Below are positions 1 to 13,258 of a DNA stretch of 64,000 nucleotides, in pieces; position 1 is the stretch's first letter; every line of letters starts with the position of its first letter. Source of the stretch: Sphyrna mokarran (lineage: Eukaryota); contig JAGIQG010000006.1 of the NCBI GenBank assembly GCA_024679065.1, forward strand, positions 86,428,001 through 86,492,000, read 5' to 3'. The notes under the pieces were generated by a model that made no database searches, was not told the origin of the DNA, and saw nothing but the letters and a program-made list of their open reading frames with translations. The translations under genes were made by a program, and so were the position numbers.

Positions 1-189
1 GAATTGTAGTGGCCTTGATGGCTGCCTAGGAGGAAGCTATGCAGAAGAGGTCAGAGTCAGGAACAGAGTGTTACTGGAGCATGGTGGTGCATTGAGGTTA
101 CAACGAGCAGATCAGAGATGAGGAATGGGAGGATTTAATCACATAGATTGGAATATTAAATTTAGCGTCCACACCGTGGATATTTGTAT

Positions 190-410
190 GGAATTTGAAC
201 ATGTTTGACAAAGTACCACATAAAAAGATTATTAACAATCATGATATAGTAAGTCTCAATTTGGATGAAACATTAGTTTAAGGATAGAAAGCAGTGCTTC
301 GTGGTGAACTTTTTCAGACTGAGAATTGATGGACTGTGATTTTCCCCAAGTATCATTGATATTACCACTGCTTTCTTTGATGTATATAAATGATTGGGAT
401 ATTGAAGTAG
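190..410 (+). mobile_element. Decayed CR1 LINE RT fragment
   Basis: tttgacaaagtaccacataaaagatta encodes FDKVPHKRL, followed by degenerate RT sequence. Confidence 0.65.
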
Positions 411-2053
411 AAGATAGGGTCTTGTCCACCTCCCCGGACTGGGAAGTAAGGTGAGTGGGGGAACCTAATTGAGGAGGAGATAATATACCAACTTCTTGAT
501 AGTGGAATGGAAGTTTGGTATGAAGTTGGCAATGGATTGATGGTAGATCATGCTTCCTGATGGCAAGTGGCAGGAATTACTTTTTAATATATTTAAAATC
601 CATTAAAACGCAACTTGGATAACCCAACAAATGAGAAACATGTGCCTTCAGGTTCATAGCTGGTTTAATGTGGTGTGTAGAAGGTGAGGTAGTCTTCCAG
701 GTGGATTTAGACTGCAGAAGAGCTGATTTTCTTGAGTGGGGAGCTTTGTTGAAGCAGAGAGTACTAGGCATTGATACATTGAGATTGAGTGACAGCTGTG
801 AAAGGGGAACATAACTTTGCTGACTGAGGAAGGGAAGTAGTAGTCCGATAGCTGCTTGCGGGAAGCACAAGGAAGAATTTGGATTATACAAGGGAAGTCA
901 ATATCTTTAGGTGATAGATCAAGCATGATTCTGGGGATAGCATTTCCCTGAATATAGCAGGAAAAAGGGTGTATGGAGGAAGATCCAACTGTCCTGTCAG
1001 CCTCCCAGCCAGCCCTGTATAGAAATCATGGCCAGAGTGAAGGGATGTATGTCTGAATGCAATTCTAGTAGCCACTGATCGTTCTACAGGACTCTTAGCT
1101 CCCTTAGCGGTCACAACATCTCCATGTAGGAACTAACACTCACATGCCAGAGCCATGGCAGCACTTGGAACTTGAATGGATACTCTCCTCCACTCATCGC
1201 TCAGGGCCAAACACAGCTTCTGACATCTCCACCAGCTGTTCCCCTATCTATCTCTGCATCTCCACTCATTTCTTTACAACCATTTCAAGAGGGATGTTAT
1301 CAGCGTGCAGATCAACAGTCCTGCGGCTGTCAGGGACCTTGACTGTCACATCCCCCATCGCTGTAGGGATGTGTCTGTGTGTTAATCAGATTGTGACCCT
1401 CTATGTCTAACTGTGAATGCATATTCACTGAGGATACTGTTTGTATGCTGGTGGAGCATTGATAGGAATGATGATTCATCCTCTGAGTGTTCAGTGTCAT
1501 CATCCTCAGAGCTTGGTATGGCCTGGCTTGGACATTTCATTTAACTGCAAGGACCTGCAGTGGAGAATTCAAAGCATTAGTCATAAAATCCCATTTCCTA
1601 TCAATGCATCATGTGTATCTCCTGTATGTCCAGTTATCAACACCTGATTGGGGGCAACCTCACTTGGATGTCTTGAAGTCCTGACTTCTTCATTTGTACG
1701 AGTGGCCAGTTTTTTCTGGATAAATTGGCTGCCTGCACTTTGGCAGGGATGCTCCATTACAATGTGTGCCTATTTATGTGGCAAGCTGACAAAATAATTG
1801 AGTGTTCTCCCAGTCGTGCTTAACCTCTTTATGAGTGTATTTAGCAATTATATCTCCTGTGCCCTCCTTATTAAATGTTCCACACAGGCACTGCTCTGCA
1901 ATTAGTACACCTTGCACATGCATACAGTCGACATGTTCTATCTGAGCTGAGGCTGTAACCCAAACTCCCATCTGGCATTCTTCTTCACTCAGACGTTTAC
2001 ATTGCTGAATGCCCTCACGAGTAGCACTTGGCAGTTGACTGTGTCACTTAACC

Positions 2054-2248
2054 TTATAGGTCAGTCATTTTTTTGTGGCACTGGACACAATCATGTTTTT
2101 GGACTCCACAGATATTAACCTCTGCTGGCAGGCCACTCTGCTGGTGAAAGGGTCTCTTGTTGCCAACACTGGGAAACAAGGTCTCCCACTGTTTCTGGAT
2201 GGCCAGAAAAAGAACCTGTAGGGAGACATTGCTCAACTTTGGGGCCAC
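2054..2248 (-). pseudogene. Relic of a Harbinger-type Myb/SANT-like (Myb_DNA-bind_5/NAIF1-like) ORF
   Basis: APKLSNVSLQVLFLAIQKQWETLFP..NKRP...AEVNICG...VQCHKKMTDL follows the pattern AP.FS...L..L...V......LF...AEVN..G......QC.KK..DL. The flanking ~1.0-2.6 kb is probably the same decayed DNA transposon. Confidence 0.6.
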
Positions 2249-2699
2249 TCATCTATACTGGGGACATTACAGGTAATGGGTATCAGCAGGTGGCAGAGCA
2301 ATAGCATTCTCAGTAGTGGCGGGTGACAGGGTGATCAGTGGTTCCACAAATCCATTGGGAAGCGATAGATTAGAACGGAGGAAAGATGCAGCAATTTCCA
2401 AAATCACCATCTACTCATAAGCAGTAGCGCTGATCCTGCTGAATGGCAGGGAGTGAATGCCTGTCCAGCTAATGTTTATTAAGAATGACGACTAGAACTT
2501 CAATCCTGTGAACAGGGCTGGTGAGTTCTGGCTTTTCCTGTAATTAACTGGGACTCTCACCTCTGCATATTGTATCTAATTGAGTGGTCACCATGCGTGG
2601 CCAGCCATGCTAACTGTGAGCGAAAGTGCTACACGTTTAAGGTCTCACAGTTGGGACCCATGACACTAGAAGAAGATTCTGCCCATGAGTAATTAAAAG

Positions 2700-3255
2700 T
2701 AATGTCCATGATGCCAAACTTGGAGGAATGACAAACAGTGAGGATGATACAATTCAACTGCAATAAGACAGATTGGCTAGCAGAATGGGCAGACTGATGG
2801 CAAATGGAATTTAATACAAAGCGGTGACAGTGCATTTTTACCGAAAGAAATCGGGAGAGGTAGTATAGACTTAATGGCATAGTTTTAAAGAGTGTACAAG
2901 GGACCTGGGATTGCATATGCGTAGATCTTTGAAAGTGGCAGGACGTATTGAGAGTGGCCAGCAAAGCATTTGGGATCTTGGGCATTATTAGCAGGGAAGT
3001 TATGTTGCACATTTATAGGCTCTGATTAGGCCATAATTATTATGTGTACCACCATCATAGAAGAATGTGAGGGCCTTTTGACAGACTGCTTCCTACGAGG
3101 GTGATGGAAATGGAAGTAATCATTGATTTCAAACAGAAATTGGATGAGCACTTGAAGGAAATTAACTTAGAGTCAGTGGGATAGAGAGATGGAATGAGAC
3201 TGATGGGATTGTTATGTGAGAAGCAAGTGTAGATTGGGTAGGGAGAATAGCCTAT
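2700..3255 (+). mobile_element. Decayed CR1 LINE 3' fragment
   Basis: gatgccaaacttggagga (DDTKLGG-like), tggcaaatggaatttaat (WQMEFN) and a CR1-type 3' UTR. Confidence 0.8.
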
Positions 3256-3289
3256 TAGGCTATTAGGTCAACAAAAATAGGTTCATTGC

Positions 3290-3600
3290 AATCAGAAGAC
3301 ATGTAGAAGAGCCTTGGATGTGTTGAGATTACAAAAATGGGAGGGTGGCCAGGGAACATATGAATAGTCCAGTCTGGAAGCGCTTAAAGGCACCAGTGAT
3401 GGGCTGGGGACGGGAGTGCGTAGACAGTTATGGAGATGCTCTTTGCATTATGAAGCTAAACTCAGGATTAAATTGAATGCTAAGGTTACAGTCTTTGGTT
3501 CAGTCTGGAAGAGGCTGAGATGGAACTAGGGACAACTTTGCAGAGCTTGTGGGGACTGAAGTTAGATGGCTTTGTTTTTCCCATTGTAGAAGTAATGGAT
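3290..3600 (-). mobile_element. Decayed L2-like LINE fragment
   Basis: Degenerate similarity to the reverse-strand L2 RT segment at 36590-37085. Confidence 0.4.
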
Positions 3601-5649
3601 GAGTTATGCATGAATGAGAATCACGCTTAGTGTATACCTATATGAGAGGTCTGCGGATGAAGGTATAAGATACATTCGGCCTGAGTTTGCTTTTGGCACC
3701 TCCCTGATTTTTGGGCTGCCTGTTAGGTGAGTTAATGGGTGCTGGGAAATGTGGTGAGGATTTAGTCCATCTGAACCCTGATCACTTTTGTACTTTCTGC
3801 TTTGTTTTCACTGTCACTTTAAGTGAAAGAGCCTGCTGAGTTTTGGATGGACACGTGCAATTGAGACAGCAATGATGTAAAGATATGTTAAGTTCTGTTT
3901 TCTGTCATTTCCATATAATTTGTAGTGAATCATAATCACAACGATACAAAGCTGGTGTCCTGGGTTGCTGGTTGAAGAAGCAGTGAATTTCCAAAGACTA
4001 TCTAATTGCAAGTGTTGTTCAAACCATAGAGACACTGAGAATTTCAAGCCTCAAGATGGATAGAACACAGACAGGAAAGGTTAAAATTGGAAATCTCACT
4101 CATTGTTGTTCAGTGTGTTTTTGGGGTGGTATAAGTAACCTAGACTCAAAGAGGGGTTGATTATTCATGTGTGTTAATCAGGCAGTATCCTGGTAGCTGT
4201 TGGAATAATTGCAGTGCATTGGGTTTCTTAGGGCTTTTGAAACCTGGCAGCTGAAGGGAAGCGAGGATTGTTGAACTTGTTGGATAAGTCCATTTCTTAC
4301 GTGGTCTCCCTCAGCTCCCAAGGTTAATCTGCTTGCTGCCGCTGCCACTGCCACCCAGCCTTGTGATCGACTGTCTCTCCCTCCCATCTCTCCACTACCA
4401 TCTCCATGCACGCACAGCCTCCCTCTCTGCAATTTTTTATCTATCACCTTTCTTTCCTCCTCTCCATTCCCAAAGCTGTGGCTTTGTATTACAAGACTTA
4501 CTCACATGGCAACAGTTAGCCTCTTAATCTGAATGGCTGTCAGATTGGGAAAGCAGTTGAAAAGTTCCACTCAGGATCTGCTGTTATGTAAGCCAGGGCC
4601 TTGCAACGTTTCCTGTATCACTGGGTTTTTCTGCCAGCACCATTTATGTGCCATTCTCTCAGTCTCCCTGTCAACGTGGCAACCATTGAAGTTTTCAATA
4701 CAGCAAGAGGCCAGTTAGATTGATACATCTGAACTAGCTGTTTATGGCCAGGTCTCTTATTCTAAGCTATTGTTATCTTCCTTTGCTTCAACTGTTTATC
4801 TCAATAAAAGATACAACATCTTCTACCTCAACTACTCTTCATGGCAGAGTATTCCACGTTCAGCAATGGCATTATCTGCTTCACACTCACCTCGTGACAA
4901 TTTTAAATTAACCACTTATCACTGACTCTTCAGCCAGCTTAAATAATCTCTCTCTATTCGTCCTATCAGAAGAGTCAATAACTTAAAATCTTTATTCAGT
5001 CTTCTCAAAGCCATCTCAATAAAATAGTTCCAAGATCTTAAATCTCTTCCCACAATGATAATTCCCCACCTCTGGTGTGATCTTGATGAACCTTTGGCAT
5101 ATCCATTCTATCAACTTAATGTCCTTTCTTTTCCACAATGATGTCCCAAAAACTATGCGTAGAACTTTTAATTGTGATATAACCAATGGCTTGAAGAAAA
5201 TTATAATTATTTGTTTCTTGATGTCCTATTTCTGAAATGGTGAATATGTCATTAAGATCATCCTGGGAATCTCTGTGGCTGGAAAAGTAACAATTCAATG
5301 TGTACAAAACAGTAATGAAGGTACATCTAAACTTTGGTAGAATCTCAGAACTTGTCTAATGATTATGTTGGATTATTTTTCAGCATCAAGAGTATCATAT
5401 GAACAGTTGCACCATTTCTACAGGCCTTTGTATACTGACTGTTGATGACTTTAGGGATCTCAATCTGCAGATAGACAAATACACTGAGCTATGACATTGT
5501 TGTAGCTTTGCACGTGCAGGTACAGCAGTAGTCTAAATTTGGTCAGTGCTACAAAGGGGAACCTTGGGGATGGCACTGTGGAGTGGCAAAGCTAGCTCAC
5601 AAGCACTTCATGTAGCCTAACAATCTGGATATATATCCTTTGTCTTTGC

Positions 5650-5790
5650 TAGGCAGAAGCCTTGGAAGTTGCTACTTGACAGCACTCTGGACTGCAGCAG
5701 ATCAAGAAGACTCATCATCTTCTCAAGGGGAATAGAGGTTGAGCAATATATGTTGGCTTTGCATTCATATCCTCACAATAAATAAAACAC
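5650..5790 (+). mobile_element. LINE/SINE 3' tail fragment
   Basis: ggactgcagcagatcaagaag...cttctcaagggg...gcaatatatgttggc...aataaa is the same tail seen reversed at 40220-40330. Confidence 0.55.
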
Positions 5791-6384
5791 TTCAACATCA
5801 ACAGCCCGTAAACATGGTTTTCTGCTCTGCCACTTGTCTGCAGACTCCTGCTTGCATCTAGGATTCCATTTTCTGTTTTTTTTTAATTAATATTTTTTGT
5901 TACTTCTTTGTTAAAGTTACAAAGCTAATACACAGAACAGACAGGGCAGGCCCTTAATCCATCTCCCTGCTTGCTCCAAAAACCAGTTCAAATTGAATCC
6001 AATTTATGTTCCCCAGGGAGAGATATACAAGATCCAAGCAGACAAGGAAAAGCATTGCATTCCATCTTGGCCTTGACCTGATGCTTGATCTTGATTTCTA
6101 TTTTTTTGCAAATGTATGCATTACTCATAGAATAGCTGAAAGAACGTTACAAACATTCCAAAATGCCCATCACACATTGTGTAATAATATTCAGGTTCTT
6201 TACATACATCGAGTTGCACTCTGCAGTGCTTCAATACAATTAGAAAAACATTACAGACATTTCAAAATGGTCTTTACAAATGATGCAGAGGTAACTAAAA
6301 GTAGTTGACATAGAACATTTTGCACTCTGCGATGGTTCCAAATAGTTGTGACATACGTAACATTCACTGTACACATTCAGTGAG

Positions 6385-7995
6385 TCATTCAACCTGAGGA
6401 GGTTTTGCTTCCCTTGGTTCACTGTGGCAGGAAGGTGAAGAACTGCAACTTCTCCATTATGTCTCTGTGGCACATAGTCTTGGATTTGGAATGTGCCTGT
6501 CTGCCATACTCAGTCGGGGACAATTCCTGCACTCAAGATCAACAAGTTTTGGAGCAGACCAAAGGTCATCTTTCACTGAGTTGCTGATCTTCCAGCAACG
6601 ATTGATGTTTGTTTTGGAATACACCCCTGGGAACAACACAAGAGTCTTGAGTCATTGAGCTGCTTGGGATGTGCAGACTGGTCAACATCTGTGACCAGTT
6701 CAAATTGGCCTTGGTTGCCAAGGTGAATCGTGGCAAAAGTAAGGCCATGTTCTTTAGGAACTGGGCAGACCAAACCTTAGTCCTCTTCATGTCAGGGAAA
6801 TGATCTGCATATGCCACCTCGTGTATCTTCTTTGCAAAGGCACATTCCACAAGGAGGAGGACAACTACTCCATTGTTGACACCTTGAGGGCAATGTAATG
6901 ACAGAGTGAGATTCCAGGTGTATAGAAAGGATGTGACAGTGATGGTCTTTCTCACCACCAGCCAAGTCTTGGTGCTTGTTTGAATGTTCTGGTGATGAAG
7001 CATTCTACCAAATGACTTTGGCAGTCTGCTCATGGAACCATTTGACAGGGTCAGTCATCTCCTTTTCCAGTAGGGCCTTGAGGAAGTTACGTGGAGACTA
7101 CCGCTGGATGTACTTATGGCCGAAGATGTTTCTCTGCATAAAGTTTTCCTTGAAGGACAGGTGATATGGCATGGTTCAACTACTTGAAATGTTCTGCGGG
7201 ATAGCATGACCAGACACTATCCTTTGTAATACTGAGGACAGGTAGAACATAGTAACACTCAATGTTTGCATAATGAGGATGCACAGCTTGGTGCAGCCAC
7301 ACGGTGTTCCTAATGCATGTCCTGGTCCCACCAAACCATATCCCCAGCATATGCAGACCGTCTCCCTAACATGAAGAGAACTAAGGTTTGGTCTGCCCAG
7401 TTCCTAAAGAACATGGCCTTACTTTTGCCATAATTCAAATTGGCAACCAAGGCCAATTTGAACTGGTCACGGATGTTGACCAGTCTGCACGTCAACAATG
7501 GACTTGAGCAGAAGATGATAACATTGTCTGTACGCAGTGAGGCTTTGACCTGAGTGCCTCTGTTGCCTTGGACCATCACTCCTTTTGTACCTGAAGTCTT
7601 CCTTATGTACTCAGTAAAGTGATCTATATGACAGACGAACAGGACAGGGAGAGAGCGGGCAGCCTTGCCTGACCTCCAGAATTAATTAGAAAGTTTTCTG
7701 ATTCCCATCCATTGATTGAAACTGCACTAGCGATGTTTGTGTAGAGCATTGGATCCAATTGTGGGTTCTCTCCACAAGCCCCATTTTGAAGAGTACATCC
7801 ATCTTGTAGATGTACGATATTTTTTTAAATGCCTTTGCCTGGTCCAGGCTGATAGGGCAGGTGTCCACCCTCCTGTCCTGCACATAGGTAACCATATCTC
7901 TGAGTCATGCAAGGCTGTCAGAGATGCTGGAACAGAGCAGTTCTGAACAGGGTGGATCATCAGCTCCAGAACCTGTTGATTGTCTGCCTTCAACT
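6385..7995 (-). mobile_element. Fragmented Tx1/L1-clade LINE ORF2 (RT and C-terminus), internally rearranged
   Basis: The minus strand encodes ISLDQAKAF.KIS..Y..DVL.KMG (RT domain 3), VRQGCPLSPVLF (7640-7676) and an N.GKS.AMFF.NW motif, with multiple frameshifts. Confidence 0.85.
6671..7490. repeat. 144-bp inverted repeat pair (6671-6814 / 7347-7490)
   Basis: gtgcagactggtcaacatc...atctgcatatgc is the reverse complement of gcatatgcag...gatgttgaccagtctgcac, roughly 85-90% identical by eye. Confidence 0.9.
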
Positions 7996-8449
7996 TTGAT
8001 TAATGAATTAAAAAGATTTTTCAGCAGACTTTTATTACTGTCCCTTAACTGTGAGATAATTCTCCCTAATTGTTTCAGTTTTAATTCAGCACAATTGTCC
8101 TCTTCCACAGCTAATTTCATTTTAGGTTTTTGTAATCTGCACCCAGAGTTGTGAATAGTTACGCAACTAAGACTCACCTGGAAAATTTAGTGGAATTTGC
8201 ACTTGATCTTTCAAAGGGATTGCTGTGGTTTAAAATGATTTAGAACTGACCTTGAACTTTTAATAACTAATCTACTTCAATTTTCCACACATCCATACAG
8301 CATATCCAAGGTGCAGCCCCCAGTTGCTCTGAAGTTGCAGACACCAGACTGCAGCCTTTCAATTCTCCCTCACGCTGGATCCATTATCCTGAGCATACAA
8401 TCTTCTACAGAGTAACCCCAAGTGCCATCACCTAGGTTAACTGGATTAC

Positions 8450-8578
8450 CCATGGTAAAATGCGTGCGTTGAAGGGTTAGAGAGGGTTGGATGGGCATGA
8501 GTTCGATGCTCTTCCGGAGAGTTGGTGCAGACTTGACTGGCCTAATGGCCTCCTTCTGCACTGTAGGGAATCTATCAC
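8450..8578 (+). mobile_element. HE1/V-SINE-type SINE 3' half
   Basis: ggtgcagacttgactggcctaatggcctccttctgcactgtagggaatctat is the CR1-derived SINE tail, also seen reversed at 14433 and 31436. Confidence 0.7.
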
Positions 8579-8635
8579 TTGGAGCCTGCCTCGTCACTCC
8601 TTTAGGGTCCAAGCCCTGGATGCCTCACCTTCTCA

Positions 8636-9570
8636 TTGCAGATGACACTAAGCTGCATGGAAGAGTAAAATTTGCAGAGGACGTTGAAAGTTTGCAAAAG
8701 AATATAAATAATCTAAGTGAGTGAGCAAGGGTCTGGAAGATGGAATACAATGCTGGTAAATTGAGTTCATCCAATTAGATAGGAATAACAGCAAAATGGA
8801 CTATTATTTAAATAGTAAAAAATTGCAGCATGCTGTTGTGCAGAGGGACCTGGGTGTCCTTGTGCAGGAATTTCAAGGAGTTGGTTTGCAGGCGTAGCAG
8901 GTAATTAAGAAGACAAATGGAATTTTGTCCTTCATTGCTAGAGGATTGGAGTTTAAAAGCAGTGAGATTATGTTGCAGCTGTATAAGGTGCTAGTGAGGC
9001 CACACCTGGAGTACTGTGTACAGTTTTGGTCTCCTTGTGAAAGGATATACTGGCACTGGAGGGAGTGCAGAGGAGATTCACTAGGTTCATTCAAGAGTTG
9101 AGAGAATTGACTTATGAGGAGAGACTGAGCAGACTGGGGCTATATTCATTGGAATTCAGAAGAATGAGGGGAAATCTTATAGAAATGTGTAATGAAGGGA
9201 ATAAATAAGATAGAAGCAGGGAAGTTATTTTCCACTGGCAGGTGAAACTAGAACTAGGGGGCATAGCCTCAAAATACGGGGAAACAGATTTAGGACTGAG
9301 TTGAGGAGGAACTTCTTCGCACGGAGGGTTGTGAATTTGTGGAATTCCCTGCCCAGTGAAGCAGTTGAGGCTGCCTCACTGAATGTTTTTAGGGCAAGGA
9401 TAGATAAATATTTGAACAATAAAGGAATTAAGAGCTACGGTGAACGGATGGGGGAGTGGAGCTGCGTCCACAAAAAGATTAGCCATGATCTTATTGAATG
9501 GCGGAGCAGACTCGAGGGGCCAGATGGCCTACTTCTGCTCCTAGTTCTTATGTTCTTTATGTTTTTATGA
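8636..9570 (+). mobile_element. 5'-truncated CR1 LINE with intact 3' end
   Basis: ADDTKL, LVRPHLEYCVQFWSP, RRNFF..RVVNLWNSLP, then a 3' UTR ending in (ttcttatg)-like repeats. Confidence 0.92.
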
Positions 9571-9786
9571 CCCATTTGTATGTGCAGCACCAGTTCTTAT
9601 TCATACTCTATACCTACCTCCAACTTGGTAACATGTCACCTAGCACCAGGGCATATATCCTAGGCTTTAAGTGTAGTGAATACATAGGGAAAGGAAGATG
9701 TGAACTTAAGGATAGTTTGAAACAAATAAAAGAAAGAAGAAGGACAGCAAAAGAGAAATTTAAAGAGTGCTTGAAAACAAATGAAC

Positions 9787-10140
9787 AACCATTCAATGAG
9801 ATAGCCTCAACTGCTTTACTGGATAGAGAATTCTGCAAATTCAGAACCGTGTGTGTGAAGAAATTCCTCCTCAACTCAGTTCTAAATCTGCTTCCCTTCA
9901 TTTTGAGGCTATGCCCTCTAGTTCTAATTTCACCTGCCAGTGGAAACAACTTCCCTGCTTCTTTCTTATTTATTCCCTTCATAATCTTACATGTTTCTAT
10001 AAGATTCCCCTTCATTCTTCTGAATGAATATAGCCTCAGTCTACTCAGTCTGTTCTCATAAGTCAACTCTCTCAACTCTTGAACCAACCTAATGAATCTC
10101 CTCAGCTCCCCCTCCATTGCCAGTATATCCTTTCTCAAGA
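9787..10140 (-). mobile_element. CR1 fragment, inverted near-copy of 9034-9388
   Basis: ORF 9614..10144 (RRFIRLV..LRELTYENRLSRL.LYS...RTRGHSLK..GSRFRTELRRNFF) is closely similar to the + strand copy 400 bp upstream. Confidence 0.9.
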
Positions 10141-11257
10141 GCAAGACTGGAAGACAAATCAGTGAATAGAGAATTAGCCGGAAGGTATTAAGTTCATTGC
10201 AAGAAAAGGATGGTTTTGGTTTTTTTTTGTGAACAAAGCCACAGAATCTCCATTACTGCATTTTAACGTTACAAAGTGTGAGAACTTTGAAGTCCTCATT
10301 TTCAAATCTCTGGTGGAACTCAAGTCACAATGGGTGACCAACCTTTTATTGCTTGTAGAAAAAGTTGTTCCAGATTACATGTCACAAGGCCCTTGATCTT
10401 TAATAAATGGACTCGAGATTGTGTTAGTCATGTGAAATCTTGAGGACAACACGGATACTCTGGTCTCTGGGATTGCGAACTACAGATGTGACTGCAGAAT
10501 GCCCAGGAGAGTGTGTGTGCCCTTCTCTCTTCAGCCCTTTCACTAAAAGAGATAAAAGGATTAGTGAGGCATCTAGTGAACTTTCTTGAGGGTCAACCCC
10601 TTCTGTCGTTGCCTGGTTTATGTATGCTGCTGTTGTAATGTCCTGAAGTGTGGTTATAAATGCTGTAGTCTAACTTCCATGTAAATAAGTGATTAGCCAT
10701 AATCACTATTTCAAGTGGATATGCAAATGAGTGGGTCCAAGAAATCCTGTTCAAACTAGTTCTCCTGATCATTGATGGATGTCAAAATCTTTTTTGCGTT
10801 ATAAAGTAGTTGTGAGCACACAACTCACTGCATTGAAATTTTCTCCTTATAAATTTGCCTCCATCTCCCCATTGCTAAACTACCTTACTGGAGGAAGTAC
10901 TAGACTAGCTAAACTGGCTACAATAATTCACCCACGCACAAGCAAGAGTGCCAACTACCAGTCCGGAACTCGGTGTTCTGCAATCCAATTTAACCTCAAG
11001 TATCAAGAACAAACAAATTGCATCTACCCGTATAGCTTCATGGTGTCTGGTACAACAAAATCATCAATAAACTTTTCTGTATTTATATACTTTCTCTACA
11101 AGCACTGTGTAATTAAAATAGCAATTATGCAAAAATACTTGAAAATACAAAACACGCACACAGGGTTAATTCTATCTAATGCAGAGGCTAGCATGAAGTG
11201 CCAATAAAATCACAGTGACAAAAACTGCAGTTGTAACTTTATTAGTATCAACAACAT

Positions 11258-11510
11258 GGGGAAGCAGTGTTACAGTGATATTGTCATTCAGTAGTAATCC
11301 AGAGACCTGGGGTAATGCTCTGGGGACCCAGATTCAAATCCCACCGTTTCGGGTAGCAAAATTTATATTCAATAAAAATCTGGAATTAAAAATCTAATGA
11401 ATAGATTGTTGGTTAAGGAAGGAAATCTGTCATTCTTCTATGCTCTGGCCTATATGCTATTCCAGATCCACAGCCATGTGGTTGACACCCTCAGGGGTAG
11501 GCAATAAATT
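11258..11510 (+). mobile_element. tRNA-headed SINE (shark type), internally deleted
   Basis: Degenerate A/B boxes (gcagtgttacagtg...gattcaaatccc), body ggaaggaaatctgtc...ccacagccatgtggttgac and tail ggcaataaat. Confidence 0.65.
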
Positions 11511-12124
11511 TGATCTCAAAAAAATGGCAGCAATAGAAAAAACTACTGTCGAGACTTCAACTGCAGTATTCTTGTCAGTTTTATTTGCCACGACAGGCAG
11601 ATACCATAATTTGGATTTTCATTACTCAAGTTATCCAGCATCCTAATTATTCATTAACACACTGCCTGCAGTGTTGAATCTACCTGATGAATTACGAATA
11701 AAAGCAAGAAAAAAGAGCTTTTCTTGATGAATAAAACCATTTAATCTTTTTCATTGATTTCATTCTACTGCTAAAGTATTGCCTTTTTTCTGTCTGTCTA
11801 GCTTTTATTTGAGACATAATTTAAAAATCCGGTACTGCACACTATAACCCCAAGGGTCAATTGATTTATTCCGGACCTTCATTTTTCTCCTCCAGTTTCA
11901 GTTTTCTGAAAGATGAGAATGTTTTGGTGAAAATTTATTGCTTTACCTTCAGTCCAGGGTTGTTAAAAAGGCAGCAAAATTAGACAACTTTTTGTGCTTT
12001 TCATACTCTGAAAATGTTACACCTGTCCTTTTGCAAAACACACCAGTGTGCAGCTCTGATATATGCATTAGATTTAAACTAATCTATATTCAACTATTTT
12101 TGCTTTTCCATTCCCACAGTTAGC

Positions 12125-12620
12125 ACTGGTGTCTCTGAAGGATCTATCTTTGGTCCCTTTGTATTTCTCATTTACATGCTGCCCTGTAGCAATGTTATCT
12201 GAAAGCACGTCAAATTCAACTCTACCTCACCACTACCTCCCTCTACTCCTCCGCTTCCTCTAATTTGCCAAGCTAGCATGACATTTCTCTCCCTTAATTG
12301 TCTCGCCCCTCCTCGTCTCTGAAATTTCCTACACAATCCTCCCAAAGTATCTGTGCTGCACAAACTCTAACCTCTTGTGCATCCCCGATTTTAATCACCC
12401 CACTATTTATGGCTGTGCCTTAAGCTGACTCAATTCTAATTTCTGGAATTCACTCTCCAGTTAATATCTCTATACCCCTCTCCCCTTTCCTCCTTTAAAA
12501 TCTACCTCTTTGCCCGGACATTTGGTTTGATATCTCCAATTGTGGTTTGTGTCCATTTTTGATTGGTAACACTCCTGTGAAGTATTTTAGGGTGTTTTGG
12601 TGTAGTAATTTACTTCAGCA
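12125..12620 (+). mobile_element. Decayed L2 LINE (RT motif and 3' end)
   Basis: ggtgtctctgaaggatctatctttggtccctttgtatttctcatttacatgctgccc resembles GVPQGSILGP.LFLIYMLP. The 3' part ggctgtgccttaagc...ctggaattc...tacctctttg is typical of L2. Confidence 0.7.
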
Positions 12621-12779
12621 GGGATTTTCCAGCTCTACACAGACATGCACAGAAACACACAGATGCAGCCAGGAAATCACAGTCAATGTGAGTGATCAAA
12701 AGGGAAGAAAATGAATTGAGTAAACTGGAATGAAAAATATAAAAACAATAAGAGTTTCTAGACGTAGATGAAAAGGAAG

Positions 12780-13258
12780 AGGTTAGCTGAAATAAACATT
12801 GGTCCCTTAGAGGATGAGACTGGTGAATAAATATTAAGAAACAAGGAAATGGCTGGAATTTTGAACAAATATTCTGTACGTCTTTGTGGTAGAAGAGACT
12901 AAAAACATCCCAATAACAGTAAATAATGAGGGGACAAAGAAATAAAGAACTTAAAATAATTATTACCACTAGGAAAAAAATACTAGGCAAACTAATCTTA
13001 GGCAGAGACGAGGACAAATTTCTTCTCAAAGGGTCGCGAGTCTTTGGTATTCTCTATGCTATGGAACTGTAGTGGCTGTCATTGAATATATTAAAGATTG
13101 AGATGGATATATTTTTGATCTACACAGGTGTCAAAGTTTATGGGGAACAGGAGGAACATTGAAGTTGAAGCCAAGATCAGATCAGTCCTGATCTTGATGA
13201 ATGGTAAAAGCAGGCTGGAAAGGCTGTGTGCCCTGCTCCTAATCTTAATGTTCTTTAA
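12780..13258 (+). mobile_element. CR1 fragments (internal piece plus 3' UTR)
   Basis: aaggaaatggc...ttgaacaaatattctgtacgtct (EMA..LNKYF.S) and 3' UTR agatcag...tcttgatgaatgg...ctcctaatcttaatgttctt. Confidence 0.7.

Noticed and set aside
771-783. TTGATACATTG, resembling a DMRT1 binding site (similar at ~41150 and ~43029)
   Set aside because: These are imperfect, isolated matches expected by chance, so autoregulation cannot be claimed.
9498-10061. Longest + strand ORF (187 aa)
   Set aside because: It is a read-through of a CR1 3' UTR and the antisense of a CR1 fragment.
10779-11207. 142-aa ORF
   Set aside because: There is no homology I recognise and no convincing splice context. It is probably chance.
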